The notes under the pieces: model-generated
Database searches by the model: none
What the model was told of the DNA's origin: nothing
The model's input: the letters and a program-made list of their open reading frames with translations, nothing else
Position numbers and translations under genes: made by a program
Assembly (NCBI RefSeq): GCF_018398935.1
Contig: NZ_CP074694.1
Span: 6,060,001 to 6,092,000 of the forward strand
Source: Telmatocola sphagniphila
GTDB lineage: Bacteria; Planctomycetota; Planctomycetia; Gemmatales; Gemmataceae
Length of the DNA stretch: 32,000 nucleotides
Direction of reading: 5' to 3'
Shown here: piece after piece, positions 9,072-16,850 of the stretch
Position numbering within the stretch: position 1 is the first letter of the stretch
Layout of the letters: each line of letters starts with the position of its first letter

Positions 9072-10091
9072 ATGCGTGAACTGAAGTTGAGCAAGCGAAC
9101 CCGAGCGGGTTTCACATTGATTGAGTTGCTGGTTGTGATTGCGATCATCGCGATTCTGATCGGCCTGCTGCTCCCGGCGGTGCAGAAGGTCCGGGAAGCG
9201 GCGGCTCGCATGAAATGTCAGAACAATCTGAAACAGGTCGGACTGGCCCTTCACAATAGTGAAAGTACCTATGGCCAGTTGCCAGTGAGCTATCGGCCGC
9301 CTTCCCCACTGCCTCGCGTGAGCTGGACGGTGACGATCCTTCCGAATCTCGAACAGGGGAACCTCGTCAACACTTACAATACAAACCTCAACTGGGATGC
9401 GGGTACCAACCTCGCCATTACTTCAATCCCCGTCAAGATTTTCCAGTGCCCTTCGAGTCCCAATCCGACCCGGACGGATGGCGACCCGACCAACAACCTC
9501 TGGACCCCAGGTGTGGCGACCAGTGATTATGGAGCTTCCTCCACAGTTTCCCCTCTTGCCACCGGACTGAGCTACAATGGAATTTCTCTTGCAGGTCTGC
9601 CAGGCCTATTGTGGAAAGTCACTAACCCGGCCGACACGCGTCGCGGCGTGAAATTCGCCCAGGCAACGGATGGTTTATCCAACACTTTGATGGTCGTGGA
9701 ATCGGCGGGCCGACCAATAATTTATCACGGTTCCCAGCCCTTCAGTACCGGATCTAATCCTCCGACGCCCTTCACCAACGGGGGCGGCTGGTGCCGACCG
9801 GCTTCGGATATCGATTTCCTGCCGACGAATACCAGTACCTTCGGTTGGACTAATGGCGTCACGGGTGCGACCGCCATCGGTCTAACAAATGGTTTCCCGT
9901 TTGGTCCCTCCTCGCCGGATGCCACGTTCGGAACGGAAGGAAGTGGCGCGCCCTATGCCTTCCATACCGGTGGGATCAATGCTTTATACGGTGATGGTTC
10001 CGTGCACTTCCTCACGAATTCGATCGACATCATCACTTATGCCTCGCTGGTGACGATGAATGGTGGGGAAATAGTAACCGGTAACTACTAA
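9072..10091 (+). CDS. DUF1559 / H-X9-DG protein with a prepilin-type N-terminal cleavage/methylation signal
   Basis: [34 protein letters not shown] is a canonical type IV prepilin-like leader and helix. The C-terminal [18 protein letters not shown] is the H-X9-DG motif (TIGR04294, from memory). The start is set at ATG 9072, preceded by AGGAG (9059-9063). The track ORF begins at an upstream TTG (9051). Confidence 0.9.
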   Translation: MRELKLSKRTRAGFTLIELLVVIAIIAILIGLLLPAVQKVREAAARMKCQNNLKQVGLALHNSESTYGQLPVSYRPPSPLPRVSWTVTILPNLEQGNLVNTYNTNLNWDAGTNLAITSIPVKIFQCPSSPNPTRTDGDPTNNLWTPGVATSDYGASSTVSPLATGLSYNGISLAGLPGLLWKVTNPADTRRGVKFAQATDGLSNTLMVVESAGRPIIYHGSQPFSTGSNPPTPFTNGGGWCRPASDIDFLPTNTSTFGWTNGVTGATAIGLTNGFPFGPSSPDATFGTEGSGAPYAFHTGGINALYGDGSVHFLTNSIDIITYASLVTMNGGEIVTGNY

Positions 10092-10102
10092 AAGTGAGGG
10101 AG

Positions 10103-10138
10103 GGGCTCTGAGGCTAAAGGTCAGAGCCCGCATTTTTT
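10103..10138 (+). terminator. Rho-independent terminator after the DUF1559 gene
   Basis: GGGCTCTGA (10103-10111) pairs with TCAGAGCCC (10121-10129) around a 9-nt loop, followed by gcaTTTTTT (T-run 10133-10138). It lies in the convergent gap between the stops at 10091 (+) and 10144 (-). Confidence 0.75.
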
Positions 10139-10143
10139 AAAAA

Positions 10144-11862
10144 TCACTTAAACAGCCCCGTCGGGACCCCAAACTCGGCGTCCTTGGGCGGGGTGATATT
10201 CAAAGCTTTCGAGAAAATGGAAGCGATCTGCTGCGGTCTAGCAAGTTCTTTATGCGTCCCGGGTTGAATTCCCGGGCCGTAAACCAACAGTGGGACGTGC
10301 GTATCGTAGTCATAAGGCGTGCCGTGAGTGGTGCCCGTGGACAGGTTGCCGCCGATCAGATAATAGGGCTTCAATAAGAATGCGATGTCCCCCGAGCGGT
10401 CGGGATAAAACGATCGCTTCATCATTTGCCCGATTTTGTCGTCTTTGAAGTCGCTTTGCAGTAGTTCCGTGCGCGTGTACACGTGGGCCACTCCAGGGCG
10501 TGTTTTCAGGAACTCCGCCACCTCTTTTTCCACATCGACTTGCTTGACATCCATGCTCGCCATCAACTTTTGATTCAAGTAAATCCAGGGAACCGTGCGG
10601 GCCGATTCCAGCCATTTCGCTTTGGGGGGGATGGCGCCGAACTTTTTGCTCAGTTGGGTCTCGATATCGCCCAGAATGTCTTTCATCGCCACACGCTTGG
10701 CATCGCGACCTTGGGATGCGGAAACTTCGGGTAGAGGGCAGATCCCATGGTCCGCGGTTAATGCAAGGATGTATTTCCCGGCTCCCACCTTTTCGTCGAG
10801 GAACTTGATGAACTCGGCCATGATCCGATCCGAACGCAGGGTGACGTCCATCACCTCTTGAGAATCGGGACCCCAGCAGTGTCCGATGGCATCATTGCTT
10901 GAGAAGCTCACCGAGAGGACATCTGGAACTTCTCGTTGTCCGAGGTGCTCGGCGACAATCGCTCGCTTGGCGAGTTCCAGCAAAAAATCGTTCCCGTAGG
11001 GAGAATTGAACAGCGCCCCAAAATAACCGCGTGTCAGTTGCTTGGCTCCGGCATTCATCGGATGCGGAAAAACTCTTCCCTGCTTGCTGCCGATGCCTTC
11101 ACCAATTACGTCGTCCGGGCCGCTATAGGTTTCGTAATTCACATCGGGTAACAAGTGGGTCCAGGGCTTCATCAACCACTGATCGGCCAAGTGAGAATTG
11201 TTGATTTCCGTCACCCAGGGGCTGGGAGTCGTTCGAAAATAGGTCGAAGTGACTACGTAACCATCGTACGAATCGAGCCAGTATGCGACGTCCGCCTTGC
11301 GACCTACGGTCAGAATAGCCCCGCGATCTTTAAATGAGAGCCCAATAGCCTTGGAAGTCGGACTGACTGCTTTCAGGGCATCGACGACTGTGGGAGAAAG
11401 CAGTCGATCGGGACAGCCGCGGGATTTCGTATCTTCTTTTTCTTCCGAAGTGGTTGACGGTTTCGTCTCCACCAGCGGTTTGAGGCGTTCCGTCTCGGGG
11501 GGCACTCGATCATAGCGGGCTGAGGTAGAGCAGTTGACCATCGTTCGGCTGGCCCGGTCGTACCAGGAATTGTCAATGATGCCATGTTTGTCGGGGCAGG
11601 TCCCAGTCAGCATGGAGGCATGGCCGGCGCCGGTGACCGTGATGGCGTAGGGATAATGGCAGTTGTTGTACCAGGCCCCCTCTTTTTTCATCTTCTCGAA
11701 ACCGTCAGTTCCGAAGAGCTTTTCCCAGCGTTGAACGTAATCGCCCCGCATCTGATCGAAAACGACCAACACGACTAGCTTGGGTTTGGTAGTCGTTTCT
11801 TGTGCAAAGACGGGGGTAAGCGCCAGGAGCAGAAACAGAACGGTTGAACTCAATCGGAACAT
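10144..11862 (-). CDS. Secreted alkaline-phosphatase-superfamily enzyme (nucleotide pyrophosphatase/phosphodiesterase type)
   Basis: It has a signal peptide (MFRLSSTVLFLLLALTPVFAQE). It also has metal-site-like motifs typical of the type I phosphodiesterase/NPP family (VVFDQMRGDY, TVTGAGHASMLTG, LTADHGICP, THGTPYDYDTHVPL). Confidence 0.8.
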   Translation of the reverse strand: MFRLSSTVLFLLLALTPVFAQETTTKPKLVVLVVFDQMRGDYVQRWEKLFGTDGFEKMKKEGAWYNNCHYPYAITVTGAGHASMLTGTCPDKHGIIDNSWYDRASRTMVNCSTSARYDRVPPETERLKPLVETKPSTTSEEKEDTKSRGCPDRLLSPTVVDALKAVSPTSKAIGLSFKDRGAILTVGRKADVAYWLDSYDGYVVTSTYFRTTPSPWVTEINNSHLADQWLMKPWTHLLPDVNYETYSGPDDVIGEGIGSKQGRVFPHPMNAGAKQLTRGYFGALFNSPYGNDFLLELAKRAIVAEHLGQREVPDVLSVSFSSNDAIGHCWGPDSQEVMDVTLRSDRIMAEFIKFLDEKVGAGKYILALTADHGICPLPEVSASQGRDAKRVAMKDILGDIETQLSKKFGAIPPKAKWLESARTVPWIYLNQKLMASMDVKQVDVEKEVAEFLKTRPGVAHVYTRTELLQSDFKDDKIGQMMKRSFYPDRSGDIAFLLKPYYLIGGNLSTGTTHGTPYDYDTHVPLLVYGPGIQPGTHKELARPQQIASIFSKALNITPPKDAEFGVPTGLFK

Positions 11863-11943
11863 AGGAAAACTCGAATGTCAGGCGGGAGGGATCTTAGTAG
11901 TTCAACAAATTCGGAAGGCGAATTCAATTCGAGAGTACGATAT

Positions 11944-12780
11944 TCACGAATCTTTCGTGGAAGGATGAGAAATTGATGAGCGAATTCGATCCAGCGCGGT
12001 CAGGCCCAGCTCGGCCACTTGCGTCGGTTTCATACTCCAGAGAGTGGGGTTCATCAGTTCGAGAGAAAGGTAGCCCGTGTAGCCGGTATCGGCCAATTTT
12101 TGAACGATGGGCTGAATTTCAAATTCTCCATCGCCGGGCAAAATCCGGTCGCTATCTGTCATTAGTTCCCGCAACACACCGGCCACATCACACAATTGCA
12201 CGTGGCGGATCAGACGTGGATCGATGGCTTCTAAATCCTGGAACTTACTAGGGCCCTTATAGTAATGGAAAATATCCAGGCAGAGGCCGACGTTGGGCTC
12301 CTGGATCGCTTCAACGAACTGGGCGGTGGTCGACAGGTTCGTACAGAAAGCGTCTGTTCCCCGAAATTCCAGCGCCAGATGCACGCCGAAACCGGCGGCC
12401 CATTGCCCAGCTTGCTTCAAAGATACGAGTGCCCGCTCCCAGGCGGCGGGGTCCATTTTCGGCAGATAATCGGCCGCCAATAACAGTGTGGGAATCTTCA
12501 GGGCTTCGCAAAGTTCCAGGCGTCGTCGAAAGTGCTCGAAATGAGCCTGGCGGGATTCCCCGTGAGACAACAGCAAGCCGCCCTGGTAGGCCGCGGCCAC
12601 TGCTTGAATTCCCCGATTCGCGAAGAGTTCGCGCACGGAATCCAGCGATGCCGTTTCCAGGTGCTTTTCCAGCTTCGTCAGCCAGATTTCAACGGCTTTC
12701 CAGCCACTGTCGGCGCAGGCATTCACATCCTCTGCGAAGGGCGTCGACATTAACGTGGCTTGACTGATACAAAGCTGCAT
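11944..12780 (-). CDS. Sugar phosphate isomerase/epimerase (xylose-isomerase-like TIM barrel)
   Basis: A 278-aa ORF whose pattern is typical of AP-endonuclease-2/xylose-isomerase-like TIM barrels (GWKAVEIW, LALEFRG, GLCLDIFHY, HVQLCD, YLSLEL). It starts 20 bp downstream of the preceding gene stop on the same strand. Confidence 0.75.
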   Translation of the reverse strand: MQLCISQATLMSTPFAEDVNACADSGWKAVEIWLTKLEKHLETASLDSVRELFANRGIQAVAAAYQGGLLLSHGESRQAHFEHFRRRLELCEALKIPTLLLAADYLPKMDPAAWERALVSLKQAGQWAAGFGVHLALEFRGTDAFCTNLSTTAQFVEAIQEPNVGLCLDIFHYYKGPSKFQDLEAIDPRLIRHVQLCDVAGVLRELMTDSDRILPGDGEFEIQPIVQKLADTGYTGYLSLELMNPTLWSMKPTQVAELGLTALDRIRSSISHPSTKDS

Positions 12781-12800
12781 CGGGACGATCTACCTGCGAT

Positions 12801-13958
12801 TTATTTACTTTTGGTTTTGGCGGGAGGAGACGGTTTGGAATCGCTTCCGGAACCGTTGAAAATCAAGAACCAGCCAACGAGTCCCACTAACCAGGTAACG
12901 GCGCCAATCATCAACCAGGTGCTGGTTTTGATACCGCCTTCTTCCTTCCGGGGCAGGATCGGTGCCGAGGAAGTTTCTTCATCCGAGTAGTTCTCCAGCG
13001 AACCGGAGAAAGCGTTGTGAGGTTCCGGCAACTCTTCTTCAGACAGCGGTTCGGTGTGCGGTTGAGTGATCTGCACCGAGCTGCTGAAGGCCTGAAGGGT
13101 TTGTGCGATTTCGATCACGGTCGGTCGTAGAGCGGCATCTTTGCTCAAACAGCGTTCCACGAGATCTGCGACGATGGGATCAACATCGTTTCGGAGGGTG
13201 TCGAGTCGAGCAGGGTTAGACTGCTGAATCAAAAGCAGCACTTCAATGGGGCTACCCGCTTGAAAGGGCGTTTGAGCCGAAAGTAGGTAGTAGAGGCAAG
13301 CTCCCAGGCCGTAAGCATCGGTACGGGAATCGAAAGCGGTGCTACCGATGCGTTCCGGAGCAAGAAACTCGACCGGGCCGAGATCGGCCTCAGGATCGTA
13401 GGGGCGGTCGTGAATGGTGGGACGCTGCGGCAGAAGGCCGACATCGGCCACCTTGATGCTGGAATCGGGAGAAGGGCGGAGCGATTTGCTGCCGTCGCCG
13501 CGGATTTTTTCGACGACCGGTTGGAGCATTAGGCTACTCGGCGAGAGCCAACCCTGGTAGAAACCGGCATCGTGAGCCGCCTGGATTCCGGTCGCCGCCT
13601 GCCGGATATACTCGCAGGCCAGCGATTGCGGCACGGCCCCCATTTCGACGACGAACTGATTCAGCTCGGCCGATTGGAGATACTCGCTGGCGGTGTACGG
13701 AACGCCGTCTTGCAAACCGGCATCGAGGGTGGCCACCAGATGCGGATGGTGCATGGCCGTGGCAGCTTGAACGCGCAGGGCATATTCTTCGGGCGATTCG
13801 AAATTCTTGAGAAGTTCCGGGTCCCAGCGACGCAGCACCACGGGTAATTGGAGCGTCAGATGATCCGCCCGATGAACTTGAGCTAACAGGCTTTTAGAGA
13901 GTTGATCCCCAATGCGGTAATCGCCGAAATTCAACGGTGCACCTTTTCGAAAATCCAA
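12801..13958 (-). CDS. Tail-anchored Ser/Thr-kinase-fold protein with degenerate catalytic motifs (predicted pseudokinase)
   Basis: Kinase-fold landmarks are retained: HHPHLV after an alphaC-like Glu, DVG in place of DFG, APE (FLAPERI), DAYGLG and ALRP. The G-loop reads LSKSLLAQV, VAIK-Lys reads VVLRR, and HRDLKPxN reads YQGWLSPSS. A C-terminal TM helix (TWLMIGAVTWLVGLVGWFLIF) is present. The only available start near the 5' end is a TTG at 13958, so the start is uncertain. Confidence 0.65.
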   Translation of the reverse strand: MDFRKGAPLNFGDYRIGDQLSKSLLAQVHRADHLTLQLPVVLRRWDPELLKNFESPEEYALRVQAATAMHHPHLVATLDAGLQDGVPYTASEYLQSAELNQFVVEMGAVPQSLACEYIRQAATGIQAAHDAGFYQGWLSPSSLMLQPVVEKIRGDGSKSLRPSPDSSIKVADVGLLPQRPTIHDRPYDPEADLGPVEFLAPERIGSTAFDSRTDAYGLGACLYYLLSAQTPFQAGSPIEVLLLIQQSNPARLDTLRNDVDPIVADLVERCLSKDAALRPTVIEIAQTLQAFSSSVQITQPHTEPLSEEELPEPHNAFSGSLENYSDEETSSAPILPRKEEGGIKTSTWLMIGAVTWLVGLVGWFLIFNGSGSDSKPSPPAKTKSK

Positions 13959-14013
13959 CCGTCAGGCGATTTTGAATTTATAGGTTTGAAAATGCGTTCG
14001 GCGAGTTCGGCTT

Positions 14014-14481
14014 TCAGACCGTATCGTTTCGTGCATTCCGCTCCTGAGCGAACTTCTGGATTAAAAGTCGTTGTTCCTCGGTCTCTACCGAGCCGGGACG
14101 GAGCATTCGAATATGGTTGATGGCATCGTCCCCCGGCATCCCTTTGGAGACCAGGTAGAGAGCCAGAACCGTGCCGGTGCGCCCTTTACCGGCGAGGCAA
14201 TGGACCATGATGCCCATATTCGAATCGCGGGCCTTTTGAATCACCCGCAGGCATTTCTCGATATCTTCCGTGGTGGGAACAGTCATATCTTCAATCGGGA
14301 CGTGAACGTTCATCAAGCCCTGATTGTCGATCCATTTGCGGGGCAGGGCCTGTTCGGTAAGAGTCAGCACGATATCGATTCCCTGATCCCGTAACCAGGC
14401 GAGCTCGGTTTCATCGTGCGGCATGGCCGAGGCCGCCAGAAACGGCTTTTCGATCCAGGAAAATCCATAAGGCTGAGACAT
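14014..14481 (-). CDS. Dual-specificity (Cys-based) protein phosphatase
   Basis: The HCxxGxxR(T) P-loop is intact (VHCLAGKGRTGT) in a roughly 155-aa DSP-sized protein. The start is set at ATG 14481 (MSQPYGF). The track start at 14502 is a TTG only 5 nt from the upstream gene stop. Confidence 0.85.
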   Translation of the reverse strand: MSQPYGFSWIEKPFLAASAMPHDETELAWLRDQGIDIVLTLTEQALPRKWIDNQGLMNVHVPIEDMTVPTTEDIEKCLRVIQKARDSNMGIMVHCLAGKGRTGTVLALYLVSKGMPGDDAINHIRMLRPGSVETEEQRLLIQKFAQERNARNDTV

Positions 14482-14506
14482 CACTGTCCTTTTAAGGCCC
14501 AAAAAA

Positions 14507-15034
14507 TCAGGATGATTTCAAAGGCTTCTGATTGTGCCGGGCGCGGAGCACGTTCACCTGTTGCCAGAGTTTCGGATCCTCTTCCATAAATTGGATGAGG
14601 TTGGCGGTGCTCACCTTCAGCCAGGCCGCGGCGTCGCTGACGCGTGCTTTCGCCACATCCAGAGCATCCAGAGCGACCCCCGCCGCCGCCCAAAACGCGG
14701 GATTCTTTCTGCCTAAATGAATTCTGCCTTCAGAATTCAGAGCGGTGGACCACTCGGGCAAAGAAGAAACCGTCTCCGGTAAAATTTCTTCCCTTATTTG
14801 AAGATAGCAGGCTTTGCGGAGTCGGACGAGGGCTTTTGCCTTGTTTTCGTGCTGCGAGCGGCTTTCTTCTGCAATTACAATCAGACCCGAGGGAAGATGC
14901 CGTAAGCGGACGGCGGAGCTGGTTTTATTGCGTTTCTGACCGCCAGGACCGCTCGCCCGGTAAGTATCGATCTCGCACTGACCGAGCAGAACGTCGTCGG
15001 AAGCGGTGGCCCAAGCGTTTCTGGAGGAACTCAT
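14507..15034 (-). CDS. RF-1/GGQ-domain protein (ArfB/PrfH-like peptidyl-tRNA hydrolase domain) with a non-canonical C-terminal domain
   Basis: [26 protein letters not shown]...[16 protein letters not shown] matches the class-I release factor GGQ domain as found in ArfB/YaeJ. The last 80 or so aa are not the Lys/Arg-rich ArfB tail. They form an acidic/hydrophobic helical region instead. Confidence 0.75.
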   Translation of the reverse strand: MSSSRNAWATASDDVLLGQCEIDTYRASGPGGQKRNKTSSAVRLRHLPSGLIVIAEESRSQHENKAKALVRLRKACYLQIREEILPETVSSLPEWSTALNSEGRIHLGRKNPAFWAAAGVALDALDVAKARVSDAAAWLKVSTANLIQFMEEDPKLWQQVNVLRARHNQKPLKSS

Positions 15035-15056
15035 GAATACTAATCCGGGCGAAAAC

Positions 15057-15095
15057 TGAAAATGGTCGCTCGATAAGAATCCGCGACCATTTTCA
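15057..15095 (-). terminator. Strong stem-loop between the oxidoreductase stop and the GGQ-gene start (probable terminator or intercistronic element)
   Basis: TGAAAATGGTCGC (15057-15069) pairs perfectly with GCGACCATTTTCA (15083-15095) around a 13-nt loop. On the minus strand it is followed by GTTTTC. It lies 77 nt after the stop at 15172 and 22 nt before the start at 15034. Confidence 0.5.
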
Positions 15096-15171
15096 GGGGA
15101 CGTTTATTAACGACCTCCACGTTCGGATGATGCGGAGTCGTTTACGTCCATCTAATTGTAATAGTGTCGAA

Positions 15172-16623
15172 TTACAGTGACACATCCAGCTTCCAGGGAG
15201 CGCGGTACTCGCGGGTCAGCAGCTGGTTGGCACCGGCGTCGTCGAACTTATGCTCCTTGGGATCCCATTTCAGCTTCTTGCCGGTGCGCAAGGCAATCGC
15301 GCCGATGTGGCAGACGATCACCGAACTGGCTCCGATATTCACGCTGGTAATCGGTTCCTTTCGGCTGGCGACGCAAGACAGGAAGTTGGCCATCTGGTTC
15401 GTCGGTCGGCCGTCGTAGAGCTTGGGGTCTTCCTTCAGCGGTTCGGAAATGATCTTGGCGTCGGAGGCGACCAGGAAACCGCGGCTGACGAAAATTTTGC
15501 CCTGATCGCCAATGAAAAGAACGCCGTTTTCACTGTCGCTGATGGTATCCATTTCCTTGCGATCGCGGCCGTAGACGGGGAATTTGCCATCCTTGTTGAC
15601 CATGCCCTTCACAACCGTGCCGCCATCGCTCATCGCGATCATTTCGACGCCATTGGCATAAGTGTATTTCACCTGGAAATTGACGTGGCAGTTGTAGCCA
15701 TCTCCAGTGGTGTTCGGGACGTCGCCCTTCAGTTTTTCGACCAGCACCGGGCCGTTGCCATCCATGCCCAGTCCCCACTGAGCGATGTCGATGTGGTGGG
15801 CTCCCCAGTCGGTCATTTTGCCACCCGAGTAATCGTACCACCAGCGGAACTCGTAATGACAATTCGATTTGCCGTTTTTGCTGCCATCGGCCACGTAACG
15901 ATAAGGAACTTTGGCGCGTGGCCCAAGCCACATATCCCAGTCCAGACCTTCGGGGACGGGAGCTTCGGGTATGACCCCGGAGGTTGGGTTATTGCCGATG
16001 CGGCATTCCACTTTGGAAATCTTGCCGATTCGGCCGCTACGGACCAGTTCGCAGGCCAGACGGAACATGCCGCCCATTTCGGCGCGTTGCTGGCTACCGG
16101 TCTGCACGACCCGGCCGGTTTCCTTGGCCACTTTCATCATGGCCAGAGCTTCCTGTACGGTCAGCGTCAACGGCTTTTCGCAGTAAACGTCTTTGCCGTT
16201 ACGCATGGCATCGATCGCGACCAGGGCATGCCAGTGATCCGGCGTGGCCACGATAACGGTGTCGATATCCTTGGAAGCATTCAGTTCCCGGTAATCTTTG
16301 TGGAGCTTGGTTTCGTAGCCTTCCTTCTTGTACATCTCTTTCGAGCGCTGAAGGTGCCGGGCGTCCACGTCGCACAGCGCGGTGACGGTGAATTTATCCC
16401 GGGAGCCGCGCGAGGCGTTGTAAATACCCCAGGATCGGGACTCCGGGCTGCCGGTGCCGATGATCCCCATCCGGAGTTTTTCGGTCGGTTTCTTTTCTTC
16501 CTTCTGCAGTACATCGGCAGAAAACACTTCCTGCGCGTACCACAGAGGAAGTCCCATGGCACCCAGGCTGCCCAGGGAGCGCTGCATAAACCCGCGGCGG
16601 GAGAGATTACCTTTTTTGAACAT
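15172..16623 (-). CDS. Gfo/Idh/MocA-family oxidoreductase with a twin-arginine (Tat) signal
   Basis: It has a Tat motif ([17 protein letters not shown]) and a Rossmann N-terminus (MGIIGTGS). The family core [28 protein letters not shown] is also present. The start is set at ATG 16623 (MFKKGNL), since the track ORF adds 15 unlikely residues. The antisense ORF 15250..16638 is treated as a shadow. Confidence 0.85.
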   Translation of the reverse strand: MFKKGNLSRRGFMQRSLGSLGAMGLPLWYAQEVFSADVLQKEEKKPTEKLRMGIIGTGSPESRSWGIYNASRGSRDKFTVTALCDVDARHLQRSKEMYKKEGYETKLHKDYRELNASKDIDTVIVATPDHWHALVAIDAMRNGKDVYCEKPLTLTVQEALAMMKVAKETGRVVQTGSQQRAEMGGMFRLACELVRSGRIGKISKVECRIGNNPTSGVIPEAPVPEGLDWDMWLGPRAKVPYRYVADGSKNGKSNCHYEFRWWYDYSGGKMTDWGAHHIDIAQWGLGMDGNGPVLVEKLKGDVPNTTGDGYNCHVNFQVKYTYANGVEMIAMSDGGTVVKGMVNKDGKFPVYGRDRKEMDTISDSENGVLFIGDQGKIFVSRGFLVASDAKIISEPLKEDPKLYDGRPTNQMANFLSCVASRKEPITSVNIGASSVIVCHIGAIALRTGKKLKWDPKEHKFDDAGANQLLTREYRAPWKLDVSL

Positions 16624-16850
16624 GAAAATGCCCTGTAGGAGAGATTGATTCAGGCGAACTTGCATCACACTATATCAGCGTCCCGTCCCGTAGGGAATTG
16701 ATTTCTGGAAACTCCGTGCCAGACGGCCGGCTCGCTTTTGCAGTTTCAAAACGAATTCTTTATCGTCTGCACTTGTGTTCTCTGTTTTTAGCCCTTCAGG
16801 CGACTAAACTTGCATTAATGACGGATTAGCCAATTTCCAAGGAGATGTGA

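Noticed and set aside
15250-16638. A 462-aa ORF antisense to the 15172..16623 oxidoreductase gene
   Set aside because: The reasoning is the same. It is a low-complexity antisense shadow, while the sense strand carries clear Gfo/Idh/MocA motifs.
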